Origin: the human T2T-CHM13v2.0 reference genome, Homo sapiens
Assembly (NCBI RefSeq): GCF_009914755.1
Contig: NC_060936.1
Reading direction: 5' to 3' (one strand)
DNA: 64,000 nt
Shown here piece by piece: positions 52,193-64,000 of the stretch. The notes beneath the pieces were generated by a model that saw nothing but the letters and a program-made list of their open reading frames with translations, ran no database searches and was not told where the DNA came from. The first letter of the stretch is position 1. Each line of letters opens with the position of its first letter. Position numbers and translations under genes: made by a program.

Positions 52193-52438
52193 CTGGGTCT
52201 CCCGCAACTCTTGGCAGCCCATCTTGGCCACAGCTTTGCTTTGAGCTTTCTGCTGCTGCAGCCGGTCCACGAGCTGGGTCTGCAGCAGTAACTGGTTGTG
52301 CAGCTCCTCCTCCTCAGAGGTCAGCTGCTGATAGGTGACCACCTGCTGCTGATAGGTGGCCACATACTGCTGCAGATGACCCAGGTACTGGTCCTGCTGC
52401 TGCTGCAGACTCTGAGCCTCCTGGCTCTTCAGCTCCAC
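52193..52438 (-). pseudogene. GOLGA2P5: GOLGA2P5 coiled-coil exon remnant (82 open codons)
   Basis: cag|[27 protein letters not shown]...ELRETQ|gtgagg. Confidence 0.9.
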
Positions 52439-52599
52439 CTGCAGAAAGACCCTGGGCATGAGGGCAGGTGGTGGCTGGCCCATAAATAGGGTAGCAAGGT
52501 CACTGTGTGGCTCTGTTGCCTACCCAGGCCCCTGGCCCCTTGGCTCCAGGCCTAAATGACTGCCTCCCTTTCCCAGAGTCCCATGCCTCCTTCCCCAGC

Positions 52600-53089
52600 T
52601 GCAGGGGTCTGTCCTGCAGACCCCAGCCGCACAGCAGATGAATAACATACTCACACCGATATTCAGTGACAGAGCAGCTAAGGGGCCGGGCCATGCACAG
52701 AAAGAGTTGTGGCGGCCACAGGCCTTAACTGGCTGGCCCTCATGGCATTTATTCAGCACAGACTTAATGACAAAGGCTTTGAGTCAACACACCTGTGGGT
52801 AATTAACTCCCCCTGCCCCCAGGTAGAGAGCAATCATGCACCTGCGGATAATCAAAGGTTGGTCTTAGGACCACATGAGTAAACAAGCTATTCAGATAAA
52901 CTCCCCCACATTCCCATGTTATTTGCTCTATTGCTATCAACTCAAGGTAAAGGGGATTAGAGGTAAAAAGGATTTCAGCCAAATCCTTTACTGAAGCTAT
53001 GCAAACCTTCTGGCCTTCCAAGAAGGTTTGTGTCTATATCCTGTAACTTCATCTTACAATTTTCCAACCACACTGACTGATCCCCTAAA
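52600..53089 (-). repeat. 3' LTR (LTR22-type), preceded by a polypurine tract at 53090-53112
   Basis: Direct repeat of the 5' LTR. The minus-strand PPT is aaaaaaaacagaaaatggggaga, and AATAAA lies at about 52748-52753. Confidence 0.93.
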
Positions 53090-53112
53090 TCTCCCCATTT
53101 TCTGTTTTTTTT

Positions 53113-54990
53113 GCATTCAGTCTTGTTCATTGGAGAGTACAGGTGTGCGCAGCAACAGGTCTGTCAGGCATGGTGGTCATTGCTCTTATTCCGGCTTTGC
53201 ATCCTAAAATTAGTAAATAACATAAGACAAACATGAGTATAATTAGCAACATTCTTTTCTAATCAAGGAGTGACCCACCACCCCCCGCCCCCAGGAGCGG
53301 TGGTCTATCCAGGAGAGATAATCTCACACACCCTTCCATATGGCTGTTTGTTGGGTGTGTAGATCTACAGTTTGAAGGGATTCTAAAATTGTATTTTTAA
53401 GTTGCCTTATGTCTGCTGTTAAATTGTCATGAAAGGTTCCCCAGAGGTGTTGTTTCACCTCATCCCAACTATGCATTGACTGATTCCATGGTAGAGAAGT
53501 GACACAGATATGTTTATGCTCCCAGTCACAGTTTAATTGCTGTTGGAATGCCAGTGCATCTTGTCGCTCCCCCACATATTCCAAAGGCAGCCTCGAGGGC
53601 TTGCAGATGTGCAAGAATCTTTTGATCTATACCTTGCTGTAAGAGAAGTTCATTAGAAACATTTCTGGCCAAATTATCTACAAAAGCAGCTGTTTGTACT
53701 GATTCAGTAATAGATGCTACAGCCACACTAGCAGTTGCTAGGATGACTATGGCTGAGACTATGAAGGCTGTAAGTGTGCCTATGAATCTTTCGGGTCTGA
53801 CCTGGGACAGGGCACGATCTAAAGTGGGAAGGGAAGAGGAACCTTGCCAACCGCATGTCAAATTGACTGGTGGGAATGCCTCAGATTGTCTCCTTAATAC
53901 CACGACTCTAGTAATATTTATAATTAGATATATTGTAATTAGTAATACATGAGGTGAACCAAGGCTGTCCCTGCACCTGGGTCACAAACATGGAGTTTTG
54001 GGGTATAACAGAAATATTAGTTCCCACAAGGAAAACATATGGATGGGTAGTGCAAATCAGGCACTGATCAGTGTGATTATGAATAAAGGTTGTAGTATAG
54101 TTGTGACTGGAATTATGATATGTCCAATGCCAGGTGTCAAAGGAGGTGCTAAGATGTCCCAGGCACCACAAAGTGTCTTGGGGTGGCATGGACTTTACTT
54201 GGGGTCTGGAATATCCTATCCCCCCATAGGCCCAAATCATAGGGGAATGGGACGTGGCTATGAAACTGTGATTGGTGCCATGATGGATGAGGACATTAGT
54301 AAGGCTGCCCTGCAAGTGGCTGTGGGGGCTCCAGTCTAAGATGTTATAATTGCCTAACTGGAGCATATGGGCTTATTCCCCATGACAGACCTCCCAGCTA
54401 AAGTGGAATCCATTACTTTCCCGGCTTTGTTCTTTAACACAGGAAGGAATGTTTGGGAAAGTGGCATTGATTGCATCGCCCGGTTTGAGGCTACCTGCAG
54501 CTAGGAATGTTAAGGCATCTCCTTTGCCATGATGTAGCCATAATTGTGTTTGGGCAGGTACACAGGGTTAGAACCTTTATAACTTACACACAGTGGGAGG
54601 ATAGTGGAATGATATGTAGTGTTACCTGGCACCTTAGTTTAATGTGTGCCATTAATGAGGGACCCCACTGGGGGTAAATCTATCCCTCCTAGCCAAGCAG
54701 TTATGTTATTAAAGGCTGAGAAGGAGGTGTCTGCCCAGGTGACAGGGTGAAAGAAAGGTGGATCTAAAATATGAGCCCAATAGAGTGCACCAGGTACAGG
54801 TTGCAGACAAAGCAAGAGCATATGAAGTATCAATACCCTATGCGAGTTGCAATGTACAACAGAGAGCATAGCAAGCAACAAATTATCTGGAGTGAATGGT
54901 GTCTGTGTCTGGAGCAGGATTCATTCAGCCTCCTCAGTTGCCGCCTTCAGCATCCCCCAGGTAATGTCCAGAGCTTGTTGCCGTCCGAGG
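53113..54990 (-). pseudogene. env: env remnant (SU-TM), frameshifted
   Basis: YWAHILDPPFFHPVTW, a degenerate cleavage site and fusion peptide RPER/FIGTLTAFIVSAIVILATASVA, a heptad QQGIDQKILAHLQALE and the loop LNCDWEHKHICVTSLPWN. Confidence 0.9.
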
Positions 54991-57070
54991 ACACTGCATT
55001 ATCCAGGGTTGTGAGTCCTGTAGGGTCAGTTCCTTCATTTCTAGGTTGGGTCCTAGTCACGTCATGGTATGGTTTGATGCGTCGTGCTGGAATCCAAAGA
55101 GGACCTGAGGGGGTGTGAACACAAGCATATCCTCTTCCCCAAGTTAACAATTCATTTGGACCACATCATACATTACTGTTCACATATTTCCATAAAACTG
55201 CAGTTTTATGTCTTGAGAGGTTTTAGCAAAGTGCTTTTCTACAATGGACTGAAATTTGTCATCTAAATTTTAAAAATTAAGGGTAAATAAGGCTTGTGCC
55301 AATAATGCTGCAGGGTCCTTACCCATACTCCCCTTTTTTGTTTTTTGAGCATATTTTTAAGGGTGGAGTGGGCACATTCTACTATGGCTTGTCCTTGGGG
55401 GTTATACGGGATGCCTGTGGAATGTTGGATGTTCCACATGTGACAAAATTGTTGAAATTGTGAGCTGGCATAAGCTAGATCATTATTAGTTTTAATTTTT
55501 GTGGGTTGCCCCATAAATGCAAAAGTTAAAAGAAGATGTTTAGTGACATATCCAGTAGACTCTCCAGGAAGGGCATTTGCACTAATTAAATCAATGGATA
55601 CATGTACGTATCTAAGTTTTCCAAATTCAGGGATGTGTGTAACGTCTGTTTGCCATAACTTATTAGGTTCCCATCCTCTAGGGTTGAAGGAGGGTATGTG
55701 CCTGTGAGCTGGCAATCTCGGCATTGCAGGATAATTTGTTTAGCCAGCCTCTGGGTAAGTTGAAATTGTTTAGACAAGTTTCTCCAGTTTTGGTGGAAAA
55801 ATTGATGCGATTGTGTGGCTTGGTCAAGCACTGATGTCATAACCTGAAGGTCTGCTTCATCATTGCCATAAGCCAGTGGGCCAGGCAGTCAGCTGTGGCC
55901 CTGAATATAATAAAAATAGGATGTGTACACTGATCTAGCAATTGCTGAAGTCAAAGAGCACACAGGGTGGGCTCCAGAGTGGACTTAATTAGGGCTGTCT
56001 CAAGGTTCTGCAGTAAATAAACAGAGTAAGCCAAGTAACTAACAATATTGAGGGGCTGAGTGGAAAAAGTTTCCAAAGCCAATATCAAGGCCCCACCCTC
56101 AGCTCTCTGAGTGTTAGTAAATCCAGATCGATTGATGGAATTATGTGGTCTCCACCAGACTGCCACTTTTCCATGTTTACTAGAACCATCCGTAAACAGT
56201 GTTAAAGCATTAGGTATGGGGGAGTGAACTATCGGTGGCCTGAATATATGACTTTACTGATTAACTGGATATAGGGAGATAGTGTTTTGGTCTCGGTATG
56301 TGAGCAAAAAATCCATTCTAGAAAGCATAGCTCTGGGGCCATTTGTCCTATTAACCCTGTAGGGGAGTGTTTAGTGGGGAAAATAAAAATAAACAATTGA
56401 ACAGAATATTCTGGATCTATGAGATTTAGTTGTCTTTGAGAAATAGCCTGTTCTATTTCTTCCATCTTTTTTTTTTTTTTTTTTTTTTTTTTGCTGCAGG
56501 GGTTAAATATCTGGGAGAATCCAGGGCTGTGTTACCCTTTAAGATAGAAAACAGGTTTTGCAGCTTATAAGTAGGAATGCCCAAGGTGGGGTGAAGCCAG
56601 TTAAAATTACCTAGTAATTTCTGATAATCATTTAAGGTGTGTAAGTTGCTAGTATTTAATTTAACCTTTTGAGGTCTTACTGACCAGGAAGTATGTACCC
56701 AAGATACTTCCAAGGAGAGGACATTTGTGCTTTTTCAGGTGCAATGATTAAACCACTTAGCTGTGCATTCTTTATGACAGAGGTATATAAACTTAAAAGC
56801 ACTGGCTCCACTGGGGCTGCTAGTAGAATATCATCCATAAAATGAATAACCTTGCAATGAGGAAATTCTTTTCTACTGGGGAACAAAGCTTGATTTACAT
56901 GATACTGACACATGGCAGCACTGTTTAGCATTCCTTGAGGAAGCACTTTCCAATGAAATCGGCAAGCTGACCTTTCAATATTGATAGCTGGTATTGTAAA
57001 TGCAAATTTTTCTGTCTTGCTTTGCCAGGGGAATAGTGTAAAAGCAACAGTGGCCATTATTAGAAAGAGG
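54990..57070 (-). pseudogene. pol: pol remnant (RT, RNase H, integrase), frameshifted and internally deleted
   Basis: RT motifs KFAFTIP, WKVLPQGMLNS and IHFMDDILLAAP. RNase H LFTDGS. Integrase HQFFH...CRDC, WQTDVTH, GIPYNPQGQAIVE and LTWGRGYACV. Confidence 0.92.
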
Positions 57071-57482
57071 TGTTTTAAATTCTTAAATTGTACTTAAATC
57101 TTAGCAGAGAATTATAATCTGGGATGTCGCTTGTATACAAGGAACACATGAAATTTTGCCATGGGCCACCCGCGGAGCCAGAGAGTCTAGCCGGCGGGTC
57201 CCGGGGCGGCGGTCATGTTGCGCTTGCTCAGGCGCTGCTTTTTGTCTGTGCCACCTTTTGTCTGTGCTGCTCCCTCACCCTGCTGCCGCTGGGCGGACCT
57301 TCGTGCACGCCTCCTGCCCCTCCCTATCAGGCCAGCTCTGGTGTGCTGCGCCTGGCTCCTTGTCACTGCTGCCTCTGTGCAGGCTGAGTTCCTGGAAGCA
57401 CTTGCTGGCTCCAGGTCTGCGAGCTTCCTTTGCTGCCAAGTATTTCCTTCTGCCTACCACCCATTTGGCCACGCGGTTTCAG

Positions 57483-58066
57483 CCTCTAATGCTTTTTCTT
57501 AACTTTTTATAAATGTTAAAAGAAATGGGTTTATATACCCAATTGCCCTGTCAATCTTGTATTACCAGGCAGGCTAAGAGCTCCCCACTTAATGCCTCTT
57601 GCCTAAGAAAGGGTCCCATAGCTGTAGCATAGCTCTTGTCTTTTTTCCTATTTATTGGAGGAGGGGGCTCAGGCAAAACCTCCATTTCCTCTTTGTTATT
57701 TTGGCCTGGCGATATTGGGGCTGAGGGAAAAGGAGGTGGTAAAGCAGGTGACGGTTCCTCCTCCTTCCCCTTTTTAGGCTCTTCTGTGTATAATGGAGCC
57801 AGGGCTGCCCTGACTAAGGCCCATAGCATTAAAGATGATACTGGGACCCATTGCCCTTGCACATGATGCTGATTAAGATTTCTCCCCACTTGTTCCCAGA
57901 GCTCTACGTCTAGCGTTCCTTTTTCTGGGAACTATGGGTTATGTGAGACAACAGTTTGCATTAGGTCCCTTAATTGAGCCTGTGAAAATGAGGCTCCACT
58001 AGTTTTAAGCAGCTGCTTCAATACTTTTATATACTGTTCCTGTTGAGCTGATAACTGTTGTCCCAT
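57483..58066 (-). pseudogene. gag: Truncated gag (matrix and proline-rich region, ending near the start of capsid)
   Basis: ATG at 58066 gives MGQQLSAQQEQYIKV (Gly2), and further on FPEKGTLDVELWEQVGRNL and EPSPALPPPFPSAP. A frameshift and a stop are present. Confidence 0.85.
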
Positions 58067-58200
58067 GATGAAACCCTAGCCTGAACAATCCCCGCCAAAC
58101 TTGGAAATTCCGAGCGGGCATCAATGACTTACTGACTTATTGACTGTGCAGTTCTTTTCACCTTTGTTTTCGAGGGGTCCGTTGTGATCCTTCACAGTGT

Positions 58201-58218
58201 GCCTCACGCGGGACACCA
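58201..58218 (-). promoter_or_regulatory. Retroviral primer-binding site, tRNA-Met-like
   Basis: TGGTGTCCCGCGTGAGGC starts 2 nt after the 5' LTR. It matches 15 of 18 nt of TGGTGCCCCGTGTGAGGA, the complement of the elongator tRNA-Met 3' end (recalled sequence). Confidence 0.8.
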
Positions 58219-58220
58219 CT

Positions 58221-58696
58221 TGCAGGGGTCTGTCCTGCAAACCCCAGTTGCACGGCAGATGAATAACATACTCAGACACCAATATTCAGTGACAGAGCAG
58301 CTAAGGGGCCACACCACGCACAAAAAGAGTTGTGCACCTTGACTAGCTGGCCCTGACGGCATTTATTCAGCATAGATTTAATGACAGAGGCTTTGAGTCA
58401 ACACACCTGTGGGTAATTAAATTTGCCGACCACCGAGTAGAGAGCAATCATGCACCCGTGGATAATCAAAGGTTGGTCTTAGGACCACATGAGTAAACAA
58501 GCTATTCAATAAACTCCCCCACGTTCCCATGTTATTTGCTCTATTGCTATCAACTCAAGGTAAAGGGGATTACGCTGCTTTCAGCCAAATCCTTTATTGA
58601 AGCTATGCAGACTTTCTGGCCTTCCAGGAAGGTTTGTGTCTATATCCTATAACTTCATCTTACAATTTTTCCAACTACACTGACTGATCCCTTACA
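58221..58696 (-). repeat. 5' LTR (LTR22-type)
   Basis: Minus strand reads TGTAAGGGATCAGTCAGTG...GACCCCTGCA and is a direct repeat of 52600-53089. Confidence 0.93.
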
Positions 58697-61023
58697 ACCA
58701 GCCTTAAATCTCACACCCTTCCTCCCACCATTTAAACTAGGCCACAGACTGATGGAAAAGCAGAGGGAGCCAACCACCATCTGCTAACTGTGCTACATGC
58801 CTAATGCTTTCCACGTATTATCTCATTTAATCCTCAGCACCTCCAAGAGGAAGGTGCTAACTTCCCTTTTAAGTTAAAGAAACCGAGACTTAGAGATGAA
58901 AAGTAGGTGACCAGTGGAGCCAAGGCCGGAATCTAGTTTGACTCTAAGGAACCTCTTATACCACCATCTCTTTCCCTATGTTTGGGAGGCTCCATGACTC
59001 CAGCTGGGATGATGATGTCCAGACCTAGGAAGAACGAACCCACCACTAAATGTCAGAGGGCGGGAAGCAAGAAACAGTCACAGGACTGCCCTGGAGGGTG
59101 CTGGGGTCACCTGTCCCCCAGGCTGGAGCTGCCTCTGGCTTCACACCTCCCCTCCCCAGAGGCTGGTGCCCGCCTTCCAGCTCTTCTTGGATGGGGCAGG
59201 GTTACCATGTCCTTTAGCTTGCCCAGCTTCTTTCCCAGCTCCCTCTTTACGTGCTATTCCAACTGCAGTGCACTGGTGATCTCCATGTTCTCATTAGTCT
59301 GGACAGAGAGAAGCAATTGGCGGCCACCCACTGCAGCTGGAGACCCCAGAACTTGGTGTCTGCCTCCCGTGGCACCTGGAAGGGTGGAGGCAGGTTAGAA
59401 AAATCATTCCCTCTTCCCCACAGCCATCAGAGCAGGGCTCTGGTTCACAGGTACCTTCAGAATTACCATCTCACATTAGGGGTACACTGCCTCATTTTAT
59501 GGGTGGGAAAACAAAGGCCGGGAGTGCTAGGGAGGAGAGCAGGCTTTCCAGATGGGGTCACGCACCAGCTTTATGAATCCGTTCTGCAGCGGAGACAGCT
59601 GCTCTTTGAGCTTGTGGTTCTGGGTGAGCACGTGGCTGATGGTGGTGCATTTGTTCTGCATGGTCTCCAGGATTTGCCTGCGTGACTCTGCCTGCTCCCG
59701 CAAGAGCTCGGCCACCTGCTCCAGCTCCAGCAGCCTCTCCTCCTACTCCTGGTTCGGGTGACTGAAGCCCTCAGTGTCTTGCTCCTGGGCTCGGAGCTGC
59801 CAGACTCTCCAGCTCCTTCTGCAGGTGGTCAGCCTCTGCTTGTAGCTGCTGCTCCACCTTGGAGGGCCCTGCTGGGAGTTCCAGGGGCAGGGGTTCAGGT
59901 AAGAAGGGAAGCAGACAGTAAGGGCCTCTCGATTCTCAAAAAAACCCTCCTCTTGGTCCACAGCTCCTCTCAGGCTCCCCAAACTTGGCCTCCCTGCTAA
60001 TGATTCCTTGCACCCGGATATTAGCCAATCTTCCAAGCCACTTTGTGATAGAGACAACTGTGGATGGCTGACAATGGACACGCTTCCCTCTTTGCTGATG
60101 GGGACACTGATTCTCATGGAGATTACCAGACTTGCCAACTCCTGGCACAGACCTCTCTCCCTCTGCCCCAGACCTCTCTCCCTCTGCCCCAAAGCCCTCC
60201 ATCCACCCACCTCCCTGGAGCATTCTAAGCCACCCCCACAGCCCTCTGACACCAGTCCTGCTCCCAGGTCACCACAGCCCCCGCTTACCCATCTGGTTAC
60301 TCACTTCAGCCAAGCTCATCTACTGTTCTTATACCCAACTCATGCTATCCTCCTTCTCCTCTCTCAATGTGCACACCTGCCCAAAATACAGAGGGAAAGG
60401 GCACTGAAGAGAAGGGCTGGTGGCTGGATAGGCTACCATCTCCCTCTCTGACCTTGCCTTCACACAGCCCAGACCCATGACCAACTCTGGCTATAGTCTT
60501 CCCATTTTACAGATGCCTAGAAAGATCAAGTGATCTATCTAAGGTGGGGGGCTGAAGGGTCAGGTCTCACCTGCTCCGACATCTGTTGCTTCCTCTGACA
60601 CCACATGGCCCTCCCTCCTTTCAGATTTTCAGCATACGTATCTCTCTCCGTTTGTAGTTATCTAACTGACTCCATTACCTTAAAGAATGGGTACAAAAGT
60701 TACAAAGGGCTGTCACTGGTCCTCACCTGCTCCTGGCCACCTGGGGTCATCTTCCTTCCACATCCCTCCCCTGCAAAGCTTCACCTGCCCTAGATGTGCT
60801 TTCAGCTGTGCCCGCTCCTCCATGGCCTGCGGTAACTGCTGTTTCGCATCAGGGGCTTCACAGTGCCTTGAAAACTGGATGGTGAAGAGTGAGAAGTTTA
60901 GATTTGGGGAGCCTGGGCCGTTCCACACAGTGCACCTTAAAAGGGCTAGGGCTAGGCTTAATGTACAACTCAGTCAATACGACTCTGCTGTCAAGTTTCT
61001 TTGCTTTAGAAATAAAAAATTAA

Positions 61024-61404
<381 letters not shown>

Positions 61405-62374
61405 TCATTAGCTAGCCATACAAATGTAATTTATAAAATAATGGTTTTCATCTATGATGCTTTAAAAAAAAATTTTTTTTTAAGCCCTAACCCTGAGATT
61501 CTGATTACCCAGGACTATGGTAGGGCCCCAATTTGTAGATTTTTAGCACTCTCTAGAGGATTCTATGGTAGGATCAGAACAAGGACCCAAATTTTCCAAC
61601 GCTTGGCTAGAGCCTCCCCATACCCCACATGATCCCTAGACCATGGCCCCAGCTGGATGGGGCTCCAACCACCCCCGGAGCCGCACCCCCTAGCCTGTTG
61701 AAGCAGGAGTGCCATCATTTGTAATTTCTTTTGCGGCTCTTCTAAAATAAGCTGCATGCCAGCCTTCTCAGTCACCAGGACTTGAAGCTTCTCTTCCAAT
61801 TCTGATTTCTCCTGCTTCAGGTCCTCATTGCTTCGGTTATGGCCAGAAGCAGTAGAGAAAGGAATGAACTAAGAACAGAAAGGACTGCTTTAGTGATCAA
61901 CCCTGCACCCTTGCCTAACCAACACAGAACCGCGGCATTGGAAGGAACCCTAGGAATCCAAAGTCACAGATGGCAGGCCCAAGAGAAGGCATGAGTTGCC
62001 CAAGGCTACACCATGAGTCACCAGCACTACAGCTTAACTGTGCACATATGCAAACCTGTATGACCACCTCACCATGCTTACCTGTACCCCCCAACCTCCC
62101 AGCACATCACCCATGCTAAGGGCCCCCAGACCTCCCATCCCACCTTCCCCCATGCTACCTGTTCTTGTATAACTCCAGCCTGAGGGCGTCTCTCTCTTTG
62201 GTTAACTCCTTGTTGTACGGCAAATACAGACCAAGGTTAAGTCAGGATATAGCAGGCAGAGGAGCAGTTGGCCGACCGGTAACAATAGCTACAGTAACTA
62301 TTCCACAGTAATACTTCCTCACTCTGAATCACACTTGACATTTTTTCAAGGCATTTCCAAGCCCATGGTCTCAT

Positions 62375-62690
62375 TTGTTTTTTTTTTTGTTGTTGTTTGT
62401 TTGTTTGTTTTGAGATGGAGTCCAGCTCCGTCACCTAGGTGGAAATGCAGTGTCATGATCTCAGCTCACTGCAACCTCGGCCTCCCAGGTTCAAGCGATT
62501 CTCCTGCCTCAGCCTCCTGAGTAGCTGGAATTTACAGGTGCCCACCACCACACCCAGCTAATTTTTGTATTTTTAGTAGAGATAGGGTTTCACTGTGTTG
62601 GCCAGGCTAGTCTCAAACTCCTGACCTCATGATTCGCCCGCCTAGGCCTCCCAAAGTGCGGGATTCCAAGTATGAGCCACCGCGCCCAGT
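62375..62690 (-). mobile_element. AluS
   Basis: Alu consensus with TSD gtctcatttgttttt. Confidence 0.9.
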
Positions 62691-63175
62691 CAGTCTCATT
62701 TGTTTTTAAAAGAACTTAGTAAGCGTGAAGGGACAGGGAAAGAGATTGAATTTACAGCTGGCTAACAGAGGCCCAGAGGGATTACGTAATATTGCTATTG
62801 TTTTACCGTTATTACTACCACGGTTTGAACCTTTATTGAGTGCTTCACCAGCCACCATGCTAACAATCCCATTTAATCCTCACAACCACCATGTGAGACA
62901 ACTACTATTATTACCTCTATTGTGTCAACAAAAAACATGGGGCATTAGAGGTTAAGTGCTTGCCTAAGATCACTCAGACAGAGCTGGGATTTGAAACCCC
63001 AGGTATATCTGATTCTCCAAGCCCATTTGTTCACTGGGGGTGGGGGCACAGACAGGAATGGGGAAATCAATTTCTTGTTCACTTTTTGAAAGGATGATGC
63101 ATTCACATAGTCCAAAGCTCAGAAGGTACAGAAGGGAAATATCGCCCAGCCACCCTGTTCCTCTCTCCTGAGTTT

Positions 63176-63364
63176 TTTGTGTTTTATTTATTTATTATTT
63201 TACTTTAAGTTCTGGGATACATGTGCTGAATGTGCAGGTTTGTTACATAGGTATACATGTGCCATGGTGGTTTGCTGCACCTATCAACCCGTCATCTAGG
63301 TTTTATGCCCCGCATGCATTAGGTATTTGTCCTAATGCTCTCCCGCCCCTTTCCCACTAACACC
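63176..63364 (-). mobile_element. Short 5'-truncated L1PA 3' end
   Basis: Reads tactttaagttctgggatacatgtgc...gcattaggtatttgtcctaatgctctcc, with TSD ctcctgagttt (63165-63175 and 63365-63375). Confidence 0.88.
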
Positions 63365-64000
63365 CTCCTGAGTTTATGAATCCTTGCAGATATGTTTTAT
63401 GTATATGATCATAGTATGTATGTAGACACACACACACACACACACGTTCCCTCTCTCTACACAAATGGTAACATACTAAAGATACTCTTCTGTACCTTCA
63501 CAGTACAAGTACCATATTCCCCACTTAGCACTTGGCAAAGGCCAAAGCCAGTTAAGGGCAGGGTGAGCACTTGGCCTCCAAGCTCTATGTCCAGTGCTCG
63601 CTCCCCACAGGGCCCCTAACTCACCCACAGAAGCGGACTCAGCCCCAGGCTACGTCTAACAACCACACACAAAAGCAGCAAGAAATGGCCCATGCTGCCT
63701 TCTGGGCAGGACATTCCATCCTGCAGAAGGAACCTTTAGGCTCACTCCGCCACCTGGGAAGCCAGGCTGCCAGGGGATGGGGCAGGCGGTTGGACTCACC
63801 CTGTCTGCTTTCTTCTGCTGTGTGGAGACAGCAGAGAGCCTGCTCCAACTCTCCCACACACTGCCTGGAATACTAAAGGCGGCTGGCCAGATCCTCAGAC
63901 TCCTGGAATGAGAGAGGTTCAGATGGGGCCCAAAGGACTCCCCCTAATGGCCTGTCAAAGTGCCAAGTTGAAGGATGATGGGGTGCCCAGATTCCGACCT

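Larger units (their letters stand above)
52600..58696 (-). mobile_element. Defective HERV-K(HML-5)/HERVK22 betaretroviral provirus
   Basis: Two direct LTRs of about 480 bp, a 6-bp TSD with one mismatch (cccagc 52594-52599, accagc 58697-58702), PBS, polypurine tract and betaretroviral gag/pol/env remnants. A tRNA-Met-like PBS is an established HML-5 trait. Confidence 0.9.

Noticed and set aside
56467-56492. Long T run inside pol, suggesting a retro-insertion or a poly-Lys domain
   Set aside because: There is no element body or TSD. It is most simply slippage expansion of a short A run in a dead ORF.
53113-57070. Possibility of a domesticated, intact env or pol gene
   Set aside because: Both are split across many frames with stops and deletions. 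The longest pieces are about 150 aa, and the furin-type site is degenerate (RPER).

Overview
Human-like, Alu-rich primate genomic DNA. The gene content matches, from recall and not from a database search, the BLTP3B/UHRF1BP1L - GOLGA2P5 region of chr12q23.1. (1) 1-36.4 kb: the 5' end of BLTP3B on the minus strand, with a CpG-island promoter, coding exon 1 (35827-35870), a 34-kb repeat-filled intron 1 and coding exon 2 (1603-1765). (2) 36.4-46.4 kb: intergenic DNA packed with ERV1-type solo LTRs and Alus, including three Alus of different subfamilies inserted at one site. (3) 46.44-64 kb: a GC-rich segmental duplication of the tail-to-tail DNM1/GOLGA2 locus. It carries the last DNM1 exons (+) and an intron-containing GOLGA2 pseudogene (-) with a 7SL pseudogene in one intron. 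Another intron holds a 6.1-kb defective HERV-K(HML-5)/LTR22 provirus with a tRNA-Met-like primer site, in which a CpG-rich non-viral-looking segment replaces capsid-nucleocapsid-protease. Most ORFs in the track are Alu or antisense artefacts. I cannot establish a new biological system from the sequence alone. The best leads are the segment inside the provirus, the triple same-site Alu insertion and the duplicon junction. Repeat subfamily names and repeat boundaries are by eye and approximate.
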